64,000 bases of DNA from Anaeromyxobacter sp. (GCA_049840735.1 JASGJN010000014.1:160001-224000); one strand, 5' to 3'. Positions 35,239-47,068 are shown, counted from the first letter of the stretch. Notes: generated by a model not told the origin, from the letters alone. Translations and numbers: made by a program.

Positions 35239-37880
35239 GTGCGCCTTCGCCTCAAGCCCCGGACCCGCAAGGTGCTCCGGTACATCGCCCTCTCGCTCGT
35301 GGGCCTGGTGCTCGTCGCCGCCGGCGTGGTCTTCGCCTGGACGCGCGAGCTGCCCGCCTTCGACGGGCTCAAGGACTACCGGCCGCTGGTCTCCACCCGC
35401 GTCTTCGGCCCGAGGGGCGAGGAGCTCTTCCAGTTCGCGCGCGAGCGCCGGACCGTGGTCCCCATCGGCGAGATCCCCGACGTGCTCAAGAAGGCGGTCA
35501 TCGCCTCCGAGGACGCGCGCTTCTACCAGCACGAGGGCGTGAACTACCTCGCCATCTTCCGCTGCGCCGCCCGCGGCGTGCTGCGGGGCGGCCACGTCAC
35601 CTGCGGCGGCTCCACCATCACCCAGCAGGTGGTGAAGACCTTCCTGCTCTCGACCGAGTGGAAGCCCAAGCGCAAGGTGAAGGAGCTGGTCCTCGCGCCG
35701 CGCCTCGAGCAAAACCTGAAGAAGGACGAGATCCTCTATCTCTACCTGAACCGAGATCTACCTCGGCCACCTGCGCTACGGCGTGGAGGAGGCGAGCCGG
35801 TTCTACTTCGGCAAGGGCGTGAAGGACCTGACGCTGGGCGAGGCGGCCACGCTGGCCGGCACCATCCAGTCGCCCATGCGCCTCTCGCCGGTGAACCACC
35901 CCGCCGCCGCCAAGCGGCGCCAGGAGTACGTGCTGCGCCGCATGCGCGAGGAGGGGTTCATCACCGACGCGCAGCTCAAGGCCGAGCTGGCCCGCCCCAT
36001 CCACACCCGCCCGCCGGAGCCCAACCCGCCGGGCGCCTGGTACGCCGACGCGGTCCGCAAGTACCTGGACGAGCGGTACGGCGCCGAGGCGGTAGAGACG
36101 CAGGGGTTCCAGGTGGACGTGGCCATGGACCCGCTGCTGCAGCGCTACGCCGAGGAGGCGCTGGAGGCCGGGCTGCGCGCGGTGGACAAGCGGCAGGGCT
36201 GGCGCGGGCCGGTGCTGCACCTGGAGCCGGCGCGCCTGCAGGCGGCGCTGCCGCTCTGGCGCGCGCGGCTGGAGTCGATCGACCCGGCGCCGGGCCAGGT
36301 GCTGGTCTGGGACCTGGGCAAGGTGAACCCGGAGGACATCGCGCCGGACGAGGAGCGCGAGCAGGACGTGGCCCGCATGGCCCGCGCCCGCCCGCTGGCC
36401 ACCGGCGAGGTCTACGCCGGGCTGGTGGTGGCGGTGGAGGACAAGGTCGCCACCGTGGACCTGGGCAACGCGCGCGGCGAGATCCCGATCTCCGACGTGG
36501 GCTGGGCCCGCAAGTGGAACCCCGTGGCCGCCACCGCGGCGCCGCGCAAGCTCTCGGCGGTGGTGGCCGAGGGCGACGTGGTGCTGGTCCGGGTCATGAA
36601 CGGCAAGGTGCCGCCGGAGCGCGCGGTGCGGGAGGGCAAGCCGCTGCCGCTGTCGCTGGAGCAGACGCCGGCGGTGCAGGGCGCCCTGGTGGCCATCGAC
36701 CCGGAGACGCGCGGCGTGCGCGCGCTGGTGGGCGGCTACGACTTCGGCACCTCGCAGTTCAACCGCGCGCTGCAGGCCAAGCGGCAGCCGGGCTCGGCCA
36801 TGAAGGCCCTGGTCTGGGGCGCCGCGGTCGAGTCGCGCCGGTTCACGCCCTCCACCCTGGTCTACGACACCCCGGACCTCTACCGCGATCCCTGGACCGG
36901 CAAGGAGTGGAAGCCGCGCAACTTCGAGAAGGACCAGTTCGACGGCCCCATCCTGCTGGGCACGGCGCTGGCCCACTCCAAGAACACCGTCTCGGTGAAG
37001 CTGGTGGACGCGCTGGGCGTGGACGCGGTGATCGACTTCTCCCACCGGATGGGCGTGGGCTCCGACCTGCCGCGCAACCTGACGCTGGCGCTGGGGACCG
37101 GCGAGGTCTTCCCGCTGGAGCTGGTCAACGCCTACGCCAGCCTGGCCGCGCAGGGCTACGTGGCGGAGCCGCGCCTGGTGCTGGGCGTCCGCGACCGCAC
37201 CGGGCAGGTGCTGGAGGAGGCGCCGCCGCTGGTGCCCGCCCAGCCCGTCGCCCCGGCGCCGGTCACGGCCGAGCCGGTGCCCGCCGCCGCCGCCACCGAC
37301 GGCGGCGTCGAGGCCGCGCCCACCCAGGGCGGCTCGGCGGCCCCGGCCGTGCCGGTGGCCGCGGAGGCCGCGCCGGCCCCGCTGCCGCCCTTCCCGCTCC
37401 CCGAGCACGGGACGCGGCCGGACGTGGCCTTCGTGACCACCGCCATGCTGCGGCAGGTGATCGACAACGGCACCGGCGTGGCCGCCCGGGCGCTGGGGCG
37501 CCCCGCCGCCGGCAAGACCGGCACCACGCAGGATCACCGCGACGCCTGGTTCGTGGGCTACACGCCGGAGCTGGTGGCCGGCGTCTGGGTCGGGTTCGAC
37601 GACCACTCGCCGCTCGGCCCGCGCGAGACCGGCGCCATGGCCGCCCTGCCGCCCTGGCTCGCCTTCATGCAGGCCGCGCTGGGCGGCCGGCCGCCGGCCG
37701 ACTTCCCGCTGGTGCCGGGCGTGGAGCTGGTGCGCATCGAATCCGACCAGCGGCCAGCTGGCCGGGCCGGAGGCGCCGGCGGCGCCCTTCCTGCCCTTCG
37801 TGACCGGGACCGCGCCCACCCAGACCGCGCAGCGCCACCCGGGGGCGGCCCCGGAGAACTTCTTCATGGACGACCGGTGA
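35239..37880 (+). CDS. mrcA: Penicillin-binding protein 1A; apparent frameshifts near 35752 and 37740; start uncertain
   Basis: Transglycosylase motifs EDARFYQH, GSTITQQ, RKVKE; transpeptidase motifs QPGSAMK (SxxK), SKN, GKTGT. Confidence 0.9.
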
Positions 37881-37929
37881 GCGGGACGGCCCAGGCCTAG
37901 TCCCCTCCCAGCCGTGGTAGGAGACCTCC

Positions 37930-39270
37930 GTGTCCCCCGTCGCGCTGCTCCTGGCCGCCGCCCTCGCCGCCCCGCCGGCCGCCCCGCCCCCCGCCGCCCT
38001 CGCCGACGCCGCCGGCCGCCTGGCCGCGGCGCTCGGTCCACCCGCCGAGGGGCGCCGCGCCCTGGCGCTGAGCGTGGAGACCCGCGCCCCGGCGCTGGCC
38101 AGCCCGCTGGCCGCCGCGCTGGAGGCCGCGCTGGCGCAGCAGGGCTACGCCGTGACGCGCCCGCCGCGCGGGCAGGACGACCCCGAGGGCGCGGCCCGCG
38201 CCGCCGGCCAGGACTGGCTGCTGCACGTGCAGGGCGGGCTGGTGCCGGGCCGGCCCGAGCTGGCCCTGGTGGGCGAGGCCATCCCGGCCTGGGCCTCCTT
38301 CTTCCTGCAGCGCCACCCCGGGGTGCGCCCGGTGCCGCCCAAGGTGCTGCAGGCGCGCGTCGCGGTGGATCCGGAGACGCTGCTCCTGGCGCGCGAGCAC
38401 CGGCCCGCCGGCGCCCCCTTCGCCACGCTCCGCACCCTGGGGCGCGTGCACGGCCCGGTGCTGGCGCTGGCGGTCGGCGATCCGGGCGGCGGCGGCCTCG
38501 CCATCGCCGCGGCGCTCCCCGCCACCGACCTGCTCCTCACCGCGCAGGGCGGCGAGCTGGCCCGGCGCGAGCTCGATCCCGCCGGCTGGCGCCCGGTGCG
38601 TGCGCCCGCCGCGGCGGTGGTGATGGGACCGTTCGGCGGCGGCCGGCTGGCGGTTACCCGCGCCGGCGCGCCCCGCGCCGAGGTGCTGGTGCGCCGCGGC
38701 GACCGGCTGGAGGCGGTGGCCGCGCTGGCGTCCCCGGCCCTCTGCGCCGGCGAGGCGGGCCGGCTGTTCGGCCAGTACGCCCCCGGCGCCGGCGCGCTGC
38801 TGGACGCGCTCTCGCCCACCGCCGATCCCGGCACCCCGCCGCGCTCCCCGCGGCTCCTGGCCGGCGTGGCGGCCGCCCCGCGCGGCGGCGCGCCCGCCTT
38901 CGCGGCGCTGGCGCAGGACGGCCGGCTGGAGCTGCTCGACGCCGCCCTCCGCCCGGTGGGCCCACCGCTGCCTGGCGTGGGCGCCGGGTTCGCGCTGGCC
39001 GACCTGGACGGCGACGGCGCCGCCGAGGTGGTGGCCTCGTCCCCCGCGCCGACCGCCCCCGACCGCCTCCGCGTGCTGGCGACGCGGCCGGACGCGCCCC
39101 CGCTGCTGGAGTCGCCGCCCTTCGACGGCCTGATCCAGGCGGCCGCCGCCGGCGACCTGACCGGCGACGGCGTGGACGACGCGGTGCTGGCGGTGGTGGG
39201 CCGCGGCGCCGACGGCGCCCCCTTCACCGACCTGGTGCTCGTCACCGCCGACCCCCGGGAGCTGCCGTGA
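37930..39270 (+). CDS. Secreted protein with FG-GAP/VCBS-like repeats
   Basis: Signal peptide; ADLDGDGAAEVV and GDLTGDGVDDAV motifs. Confidence 0.7.
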   Translation: MSPVALLLAAALAAPPAAPPPAALADAAGRLAAALGPPAEGRRALALSVETRAPALASPLAAALEAALAQQGYAVTRPPRGQDDPEGAARAAGQDWLLHVQGGLVPGRPELALVGEAIPAWASFFLQRHPGVRPVPPKVLQARVAVDPETLLLAREHRPAGAPFATLRTLGRVHGPVLALAVGDPGGGGLAIAAALPATDLLLTAQGGELARRELDPAGWRPVRAPAAAVVMGPFGGGRLAVTRAGAPRAEVLVRRGDRLEAVAALASPALCAGEAGRLFGQYAPGAGALLDALSPTADPGTPPRSPRLLAGVAAAPRGGAPAFAALAQDGRLELLDAALRPVGPPLPGVGAGFALADLDGDGAAEVVASSPAPTAPDRLRVLATRPDAPPLLESPPFDGLIQAAAAGDLTGDGVDDAVLAVVGRGADGAPFTDLVLVTADPRELP

Positions 39271-40697
39271 GATGCGCCCTGCTGGCCGCGCTGGCGCTGG
39301 CCCTGGCCCTGCTCCTCCCCGCGCCGACGGCGCTGGCCGTGGCCCGCCCCGCCTACGGCGGCGAGCTGCGCCTGCTGCTGCCCGCCGTCCCGCGCGCGGT
39401 GGAGCCCGGGCGCGCCGTGGAGCCGGCCGACGTGCTGCTGATGCGCGCGCTCCACGCCACGCCGCTGGAGCTGGACGCGGACGGCCGCCTGGTGCCCGGG
39501 CTGCTGGAGGAGGTGCCGGCGCCGCAGGTGGGCGGCCGCGCCTTCCGGCTGCGGCTCCGCCCCGGCCTGCGCTTCTCCGACGGCACGCCGCTCGGGGCAC
39601 AGGACGTGGCCGCGAGCCTGGCCCGCCTGCTCCGCCGCGACGTGCCCGGCGCCTGGGTGGCCCTGCCCATCCTCGGCGCCGACGCCCTGCTGGACGGCCG
39701 CGCCGCCGCGCTGGCGGGCGTGCAGGTGCTGTCCGACCGCGAGCTCCTGGTCACGCTGGCCTTCCCCTTGCCGGAGTGGCCCTGGGCCCTGGCGGCGCCG
39801 GCCGCGGCCGTCACCTCGCCGCGCGGCGCCGGGGCCGGTCCCTTCCGGCTGGTGAGCCTCGACGCGGGCGGCGCGCGGCTGGCGCAGAACCCCGAGCACC
39901 ACCGCGGGCGCCCCTTCGCCGACGCGCTCTGGCTGGGCGCCGCCGACGCGCGCGCCGCGGCCCGCGCGCTGGAGCGGGGCGAGGTGGACGGCGTGCTCCG
40001 GCCGGAGGCGGCCAGCCCCGACGCGGTGGCCGGGCCGGCGCTCACCGCCACGGTGGTCGCGCAGAACCCCGGGCGGCTAGGCGCGGCCGCCGAGCCGGTG
40101 CGCCGGGCCCTGCTGGCGCTGGACCGGGCCGAGCTGGCGCGCCGCTTCGTGCGCGGCCCGTCGGCCCCGCTGGAGACGGTGGTGCCGCCGGGGCTCCTGC
40201 CCGCGCCGCCGTTGCCGGCCCCTGCCCCGACCGCCGCCGCGGCGCCGGCCCAGGCCGCGCTGCTGGTGCTGGCGACCGCGCCGGACGGCCGGGCCGTGGC
40301 CGACCGGCTCCAGGTGCAGCTCTCCGACCGCGGCGTCCGGCTGGCGGTGCAGGCCGAGCCGCCCGAGCGCTACGCGGCGCGCCTGGCCGCCGGCGACTAC
40401 GACCTGGCGCTGGTGGCCGGGCCGCCGGTGGCGCTGCAGCCCTCGCTGGCGGCGGGCGCCGTGGCGCTGGCGGTGCGCGGGCCGGCGGCGGCGCGCCAGG
40501 CCATGGCCGGCCTGGCCGGGCTGGACGCGGGCGCGGCGCAGCCCCGCGCCGCCGGGCTCTCGGCCGCGCTGCAGGTGGTCCCGCTCCACGCGTCCGGGCT
40601 GCGCGCCACGGCGGCCCCGGCGCTGCAGGGCTGGTCGCCCCGGGCCGACGGCACGGTGGACCCGGGCGATCTGTGGCGGCTGGGAGGCGGCCGGTGA
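39267..40697 (+). CDS. Family-5 (peptide/nickel) solute-binding protein-like
   Basis: YGGELRL, LVPGLL, FRLRLRPGLRFSDGTPLGAQDVAASL, GAGPFRL; GTGA overlaps on both sides. Confidence 0.8.
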   Translation: MRCALLAALALALALLLPAPTALAVARPAYGGELRLLLPAVPRAVEPGRAVEPADVLLMRALHATPLELDADGRLVPGLLEEVPAPQVGGRAFRLRLRPGLRFSDGTPLGAQDVAASLARLLRRDVPGAWVALPILGADALLDGRAAALAGVQVLSDRELLVTLAFPLPEWPWALAAPAAAVTSPRGAGAGPFRLVSLDAGGARLAQNPEHHRGRPFADALWLGAADARAAARALERGEVDGVLRPEAASPDAVAGPALTATVVAQNPGRLGAAAEPVRRALLALDRAELARRFVRGPSAPLETVVPPGLLPAPPLPAPAPTAAAAPAQAALLVLATAPDGRAVADRLQVQLSDRGVRLAVQAEPPERYAARLAAGDYDLALVAGPPVALQPSLAAGAVALAVRGPAAARQAMAGLAGLDAGAAQPRAAGLSAALQVVPLHASGLRATAAPALQGWSPRADGTVDPGDLWRLGGGR

Positions 40698-42442
40698 GGC
40701 TCCGCACGCAGCTGGCGATCCTGTTCGCGCTCTTCGCGGTCATCCCGCTGGCGGCGGCGCTCGCCCCGGTGACCCGCGCCCTCTCCCTGGCGCTCGACCA
40801 CGAGCACGCGGCGCGCCTGGACGGCGCCGCCCACGCGGTGGAGGGCGAGCTGGCCCGCCTCGCCGAGGAGGCGGCGGCCCACGTGGCCGAGCTGGCCCGC
40901 AGCCCCGACGCCGAGGGGTTCGCGCGCGACCTGGAGGCCGGGCTGGTGGGCCCGGCGGAGGCGGCGGAGCGGGCCGGCGAGTGGATGCCGGCGCGCGGCC
41001 TGGACCTGCTGGCGGTGACCTCGCCGGAGGGTCAGGTGATCAGCGCCGGCCACCTCCCCGGCCGCGCCGGCGACGTGGACCCGGAGCTGCGCGACCTCTT
41101 GCGGGCGGTGCCCGCGGGGCGCGCCACGCCGCGAGTCCTCTCGCGCGCGGGCACGGCCGGGCTGCAGCGGGTGCTGGCGCTGGTGGCCTGGCAGCCGGTG
41201 CCCGGCGAGCCGCCGCTGCGCGTGGCCGGCGGCCTGGCGCTGGACGAGGAGCAGGCCCGGCGGCTGGCGGCGCTGACCGGCGCGGCGGTGGTCATCCGCG
41301 GCCCGCAGGGCGAGACGCTGGCCGAGGCCAGCGCGCCGGCGGCGGCGGGGCAGCCGCTGGTGGCGCGCCTGGGGGCGCGGCTGGGGATGGGGCTGGGCGG
41401 CGGCGCCCGGCGCGAGCTGGCGCTCGGGCCGGCGGGCGCGCCGGCCGGGACGGTGGAGGTGATGGTGGCCTCGGCCGGGCTGGCGCGGACGGCCGGGACG
41501 GTGCTCTTGGCCTTCCTGGGCGCGCTGCTGGTGGGCGGGCTGGCGGCGGCGGCGGTCGGGGCGGTGGTGGCCTCGCGCTTCACGCGGCCGGTGGAGGCGC
41601 TGCGCGAGGCGGCGGCGCAGGTGGCCGGCGGCGACCTGGGCGCGCGGGTGGGGGCCAGGGCCTCCGGCGAGGTGGGCGAGCTGGTGCGCGCCTTCAACGC
41701 CATGACCGAGGACCTGGCGCTGGGGCGCTCGCGGCTGGCCCAGGCCGAGCGCGTGGCGGCCTGGCGCGAGGTGGCGCGCCGGCTGGCCCACGAGATCAAG
41801 AACCCGCTCACGCCCATCGCCATGAGCGTCGAGACGCTGCGCGACGCGCAGGCGGCGGGGCGGAAGGACTTCCCGGAGATCTTCGACGAGGGCACCCGCG
41901 CCATCGGCGAGGAGGTGCGCCGGCTGAAGCGGATCGTCGACGAGTTCAGCCGCTTCGCCCGGCTGCCGGCGCCGGAGCGGACGCCGGTGGCGCCGGACGA
42001 GCTGGTCGGCTCGGTGCGGGCGCTCTTCCCGGCGGCGCCGGAGGGCGTGGCGCTCACCGCCGACGTGGCGCCGGAGCTCCCGCCGGTGCTGGCGGACCGC
42101 GACCAGGTCCTGCAGGTGCTGCTCAACCTGGTGCGCAACGCCCTCGACGCCATGGCCGGCGCCGGCGGCCGCCTGACGCTGGGCGCGCGCCGCGCCGGCG
42201 GCGAGGTGATCTTCTCGGTGGCCGACACCGGCCCCGGCATCCCGCCGGAGGACCTGGCGCGGGTCTTCGAGCCCTACTTCACGACCAAGGAGGGCGGCAC
42301 CGGCCTGGGCCTGGCCATCGCGCAGCGGATCGCCGAGGAGCACGGCGGCCGGCTGGAGGCGCGCTCCGAGCCGGGGCGCGGGGCGACCTTCGAGCTGGCG
42401 CTGCCGGTGGCGGGCGAGCCGGCGCAGAGCCGGCCCGCCTGA
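40694..42442 (+). CDS. HAMP-containing sensor histidine kinase (NtrY-like)
   Basis: Two TM helices, HAMP, AWREVARRLAHEIKNPL, NLVRNA, DTGPGI, GTGLGL. Confidence 0.9.
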   Translation: MRLRTQLAILFALFAVIPLAAALAPVTRALSLALDHEHAARLDGAAHAVEGELARLAEEAAAHVAELARSPDAEGFARDLEAGLVGPAEAAERAGEWMPARGLDLLAVTSPEGQVISAGHLPGRAGDVDPELRDLLRAVPAGRATPRVLSRAGTAGLQRVLALVAWQPVPGEPPLRVAGGLALDEEQARRLAALTGAAVVIRGPQGETLAEASAPAAAGQPLVARLGARLGMGLGGGARRELALGPAGAPAGTVEVMVASAGLARTAGTVLLAFLGALLVGGLAAAAVGAVVASRFTRPVEALREAAAQVAGGDLGARVGARASGEVGELVRAFNAMTEDLALGRSRLAQAERVAAWREVARRLAHEIKNPLTPIAMSVETLRDAQAAGRKDFPEIFDEGTRAIGEEVRRLKRIVDEFSRFARLPAPERTPVAPDELVGSVRALFPAAPEGVALTADVAPELPPVLADRDQVLQVLLNLVRNALDAMAGAGGRLTLGARRAGGEVIFSVADTGPGIPPEDLARVFEPYFTTKEGGTGLGLAIAQRIAEEHGGRLEARSEPGRGATFELALPVAGEPAQSRPA

Positions 42443-42524
42443 GGCGGACCCGCTCGCCCTGCGACAGGCCCAGGCGAGCGGAGAGGACCGGCCACTTGCC
42501 GCGCTGGCAAGGTCCAGCCAGGAT

Positions 42525-42585
42525 CCCGTTCTTCCTGAGCGCAGCGAGCCGGCCCGTTTCCAGGCCGGCTCGCGGAGTCGAAGGA
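42525..42585 (-). repeat. REP-like element
   Basis: CCCGTTCTTCCTGAGCGCAGCGAGCCGG...CCGGCTCGCGGAGTCGAAGGA. Confidence 0.85.
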
Positions 42586-42603
42586 GGAACGGGCGCTGAT
42601 CGC

Positions 42604-44298
42604 CTACCGCACCGGGGTGGCCTTCAGCGCCGCCTTGCCTTCCTTCACGTAGACGGCGAACCGCACCGTCTTGCAGGCGTACTTGGCGACCAGCGCGGCC
42701 TTGTTGGCCTCGAGCTTCTGGCGGAAGCGGTCGAAGGTGAGCCCCTCGGCCGGCTCGCCGCACTCGGTGCGCACGCGGACGAACTCGCGGAACACCTCGC
42801 GCCAGTGCTGCTGCTCGGAGTCCTCCTCGGCCGGCGCGGCGGCGACCGGCGCTGGGGTGGGCGCGGAGACCGGGGCCGGCGGCGGCGCGGGCGGGGGCGC
42901 CGAGGGGCGGGGCGCGGCCACCGGGGCGGCCTCGAAGGCGGTCCCGGTGAGCGTGGGGGCCTCGACCGGGGGCGGCGTCTCGAGCGGCGCCGGGGCGGTG
43001 CGCGGGCCGCGGATGGGCAGGGCGAAGGGGTCGCCCTCCGGCTCGGGGGCCGGCTCGTTGCGCTGGAAGAACTCCTGGGTGACGGACGGGGAGGAGGCGG
43101 AGGCCGTCGCCATGCGGCCGGCGCCCTCGGCGGCCTCGGCCGCCTTGTTGAGGGCAGAGGCGACGGTCCCGACCTTGCCCGCCATCACGGGCGCGCGGAC
43201 CGAGAAGTCGCCCCGCTCCATCTTGCTGGCCACCTCCACCAGCTCGGGCGGCACCGGGGCGGCGACCTCGGTGGGCTTGACCAGCACCGAGAAGAGCAGC
43301 GCCAGGAGCGCGATCAGCGCGGCGCCCCAGATCACCAGCGCCTGGGCCCGGCCCACCGGGTCGAGCGCGCCGCCCGTGGGCACCGCCACCAGCAGCGCGC
43401 CGCCGGCCAGCCCCAGCAGCGGCGCGCGCTTCACGCGCAGCGCCGGGAGCTTGCCGGTGAGCGACGGCAGCGGCGGCAGCTTGACCCCGTAGAGCTCGAG
43501 CCGCACCGCCGGCAGCTCGCCCACGTCGCGCGTGCCCTTCTTCACGGCGTCGAGCAGCGCCGGCACCTGCACGGTCTTGTCGCTGGCGATGGGCTTCACG
43601 CCCGGCGCGGTCAGCACGCCGGCGGCGCCGGTGTCGGCCACCGCGGTGGCGACCCAGCGCTCGTCCACCAGCGCGAACACGCCCAGGGCCGCACCGTCAC
43701 CGGCCGGCACCGCCACGCCGTAGGCCAGCCGGTCGCCCAGCACGCGCCAGCCCTGCTGGACCTTGCCGTCCAGGGCGGCCTTGACCAGCTCCACCGCGGC
43801 CGCCTCGGCCGGCGCGGCCGGGCGGCGGTCCAGCCCCTCGCGCGTGCCGGCGATCACCAGCCGCTCCGGGGTCACCACGGCGGCGGTGCCGTTGGGGGTG
43901 GGCGCGCGCAGCGGCTCGTTGACCGGCAGGAGCAGCCGCTCGGCCTCGGCGACCGCGGCCTGCGCGGCCTCGGACACGGCGGCGTCGAGCGCGGCCGGGT
44001 CCTGCGGCGGGGGCGGCGGCGGGGCGCGGCGCCTCTTGCCGGCGTCCTCGGGCTCGGCCTGCTGCGGGCCGGCCAGGGCGGCGGCCAGGCGCGGGTCACG
44101 CGCGGCGGCCTGCGCCACGCCGGCCAGCCGGGCGGAGGTGGAGCGCTCCGCGCCGCGCGCGGCGGCGATGGCCGCGTCGATCCGGAGGTCCAGGCCCGAC
44201 AGGGCTGGCCCGCGGAGCTCCACGGACAGTGGATAGAGCGACGCGAGCGCCAGGCCGACGACGACCAGCGCGAAGAGCCAGAGCTTGAGCCGGTTCAT
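42604..44298 (-). CDS. MXAN_5187-family membrane protein
   Basis: Two TM helices, HAMP-like segment, Pro-rich linker, C-terminal HWREVFREF...CGE...FAVYVKEGKAALKATP. Confidence 0.75.
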   Translation of the reverse strand: MNRLKLWLFALVVVGLALASLYPLSVELRGPALSGLDLRIDAAIAAARGAERSTSARLAGVAQAAARDPRLAAALAGPQQAEPEDAGKRRRAPPPPPPQDPAALDAAVSEAAQAAVAEAERLLLPVNEPLRAPTPNGTAAVVTPERLVIAGTREGLDRRPAAPAEAAAVELVKAALDGKVQQGWRVLGDRLAYGVAVPAGDGAALGVFALVDERWVATAVADTGAAGVLTAPGVKPIASDKTVQVPALLDAVKKGTRDVGELPAVRLELYGVKLPPLPSLTGKLPALRVKRAPLLGLAGGALLVAVPTGGALDPVGRAQALVIWGAALIALLALLFSVLVKPTEVAAPVPPELVEVASKMERGDFSVRAPVMAGKVGTVASALNKAAEAAEGAGRMATASASSPSVTQEFFQRNEPAPEPEGDPFALPIRGPRTAPAPLETPPPVEAPTLTGTAFEAAPVAAPRPSAPPPAPPPAPVSAPTPAPVAAAPAEEDSEQQHWREVFREFVRVRTECGEPAEGLTFDRFRQKLEANKAALVAKYACKTVRFAVYVKEGKAALKATPVR

Positions 44299-44306
44299 CG
44301 TCGGCC

Positions 44307-44335
44307 GTTATAGGCGCGCATCGAGGGGGTGTCAA
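44307..44335 (-). promoter_or_regulatory. Near-consensus sigma70 promoter (probably a leaderless transcript)
   Basis: TTGACA-N17-TATAAC, 8 nt before the ATG. Confidence 0.75.
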
Positions 44336-44759
44336 ACCAGCGACCGCGGTCTTTCCTGGCGGTTTCTCCCGCAGATCCGCGCGCTTCGGGCCTGTGCCCG
44401 ACTGCCCGGTCAGCCGCCACCGCGCGGGCGCGCCTCCGCCCTGCCCGGCCCGGCGGTGAAGGCCCGCGCCGCGAGACCGCGCCGGCGCCGGGCGCCGCCG
44501 CCGCCCCTTCCCTCCCCGGCCCCGGGAAGCGCCTCCACCGACCGTGAAGCGGCAGGCGCCCCCGCGGCGCCGCGGGCTCGCCTGCGCGGCGATCCGGGGC
44601 ACGGACTGTGCGACCGCGTATCAGCTGGTCCCTCCTTTCACCACACGCGGCAGGAATCCGGCCACCCGCCTGTCACGTCCTGCGCTCACCCGGCTCAGTA
44701 CCCGTCGGGATACCACTGCTGTCGGCCCGTCCCTGCCGCCCTCCCTGGAGCCACCCGCC

Positions 44760-46869
44760 ATGAAGCGTCTCCTTTCGCTGCTCGCCCTCGCGCTGGCGCT
44801 CGCGCCGCTCGCGTCCCGCGCCGACGAGGGCATGTGGACCTACGACAACTTCCCCTCGGCCAAGGTGAAGTCCGCCTACGGCTTCGATCCCCACCCCCGC
44901 CTGGCTGGACAAGGCGCGGCTGGCCTCGGTGCGCCTGGCCGGCGGCTGCTCGGCCGCGTTCGTGAGCCCGAACGGCCTGGTGATGACGAACCACCACTGC
45001 GCCCACGAGTGCATCGAGCAGCTCTCCACCGCGCAGCGCGACCTCGTGAAGGAGGGCTTCTACGCGAAGGCGCAGGCGGACGAGGTGAAGTGCCCGACGA
45101 TGGAGGTCAACCAGCTGCTGGCGCTGACCGACGTCACCGCGCGCGTGAAGAAGGCCACCGAGGGGCTGGAGGGCGCGGCCTACGCGGCGAAGTACAAGGC
45201 GGAGAAGGCCTCGCTCCAGCGCGAGTGCCAGACGGGCGCCGAGCTGCGCTGCGAGCTGGTGAAGCTCTACCACGGCGGCCAGTACGTCCTGTACCGCTAC
45301 CGCCGCTACCAGGACGTGCGCCTGGTCTTCGCGCCCGAGTTCGCCATCGCCTTCTTCGGCGGCGACCCAGACAACTTCATGTTCCCGCGCTACGACCTGG
45401 ACGTCTCGTTCGTGCGCGTCTACGACGGCGGCAAGCCCGCCGTCACCCCCGACCACTTCAGCTGGTCCCCCGCCGGCCCCAGGGCCGGTGAGCTGACCTT
45501 CGTCTCCGGCAACCCGGGGCGCACCGAGCGCCTGCTGACCGTGGCGCAGCTCGAGACGCAGCGCGACGAGGTCATCCCGCAGGGCCTGGAGCGCATGGCC
45601 GAGGAGCGCGGGCTCATCACCGGCTTCCAGCTGCTGGGCGCCGAGCAGAAGCGCGTCTCCACCGCCCACCTCTTCTACCTGGAGAACTCCATCAAGGCCC
45701 GCCGCGGCGGCCTGGAGGCCCTGCGCGACCCGGCCTTCTTCGGCCAGAAGGTGCAGGAGGAGAACGCGCTCCGCGCCGCGGTGGCCCGCGACCCGGCCAC
45801 CGCCGCCAGGTACCTGCCGGCCTGGGACGCCATCGCGCGCGCCCAGCTTCGCGCGCACCAGCTGCGCCCGGCCTACTCCTGGCTGGAGTACCTGCCCGGC
45901 CGCGGCGTGGCCGGCGACCTCCTGGCCTTCGCGGTGGACCTGCAGCGCGCGCCGGCGGAGCGGGCCCGGCCGGACGGCGAGCGGCTGAAGGAGTTCCAGG
46001 ACGCGGCGCTGCCGGTGATGACCAACGACCTGTTCAGCCCTGCGCCCATCGACCTGGCCTTCGACGAGCTGCGCCTGGGCCACTGGCTGACGCAGGTGCG
46101 TGAGCGCCTGGGGGCCGACCACCCGGCCGTGAAGAAGCTGCTGGGCCAGCGCTCCCCCGAGGAGGTCGCCCGCGCCGCCGTCGCCGGCACCAGGCTGCGC
46201 GACGTGGCCGCCCGCAAGGCGCTCTGGGAGGGCGGCGCCGCGGCGGTGGACGCCAGCGCGGACCCGATGATCGCGCTCGCCCGCCTGCTCGACGCCGACG
46301 GCCGCGCGGCGCGCAAGGCCTGGGAGGACGAGGTCGAGGCGGTGGAGCAGCGCAACCAGACGCTCGTCGCCGAGGCCCGCTTCAAGGTGTACGGCTCGAC
46401 CACCTACCCCGACGCCACCTTCACGGCGCGCCTCTCCTACGGGCAGGTGCAGGGGTGGACGGAGGACGGCAAGGCCATCCCCCCGTTCACCACCTTCGCC
46501 GGCGGCTTCGAGCGCCACACCGGCCGCGACCCGTTCGCCCTGCCGCCCAGCTGGCTGGAGAAGAAGGCCCAGCTCGACCTGGACACGCCGTTCAACTTCG
46601 TCACCACCAACGACATCATCGGCGGCAACTCCGGCTCGCCGGTCTTCAACAGGGACCTGCAGATCGTCGGCCTGATCTTCGACGGCAACCTGCCGTCGCT
46701 GGGCGGCGACTACGGCTTCGACGCGGCCTCCAACCGCGCCGTGGCGGTCCACTCGCGGGCGCTGATGGTGGCGCTCGACCGGATTGACGGCGCCAGCCGG
46801 GTGGTGGCCGAGCTGAAGGGCGCCAGGGGCGGGGCCGCGGGCGCGGCCAGCGCGCGCAGCGCGAAGTAG
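44760..46869 (+). CDS. S46 family dipeptidyl peptidase; apparent frameshift near 44890
   Basis: ADEGMW, TNHHC, FGGDPDNFMFPRY, YPDATFTARLSYG, DIIGGNSGSP. Confidence 0.9.
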
Positions 46870-47068
46870 ACACACACCTGCGCCTGGCCCTGTCCAGGTG
46901 CGGCCAGCACCCACGCTGCGCGGCCTCGTCGCGGGCCCGGGGACCTCCACCTCCCCCGGGCCCGCGCCATTTCAGCGCGCGCTCCCAGGCCCGGTTGAAA
47001 CGTTTGCGCCGCCGCGGTTAAGTGCCCCCTTTCTCGCTGCACGTCATGGCATCGGGGGATGCTTCAGG

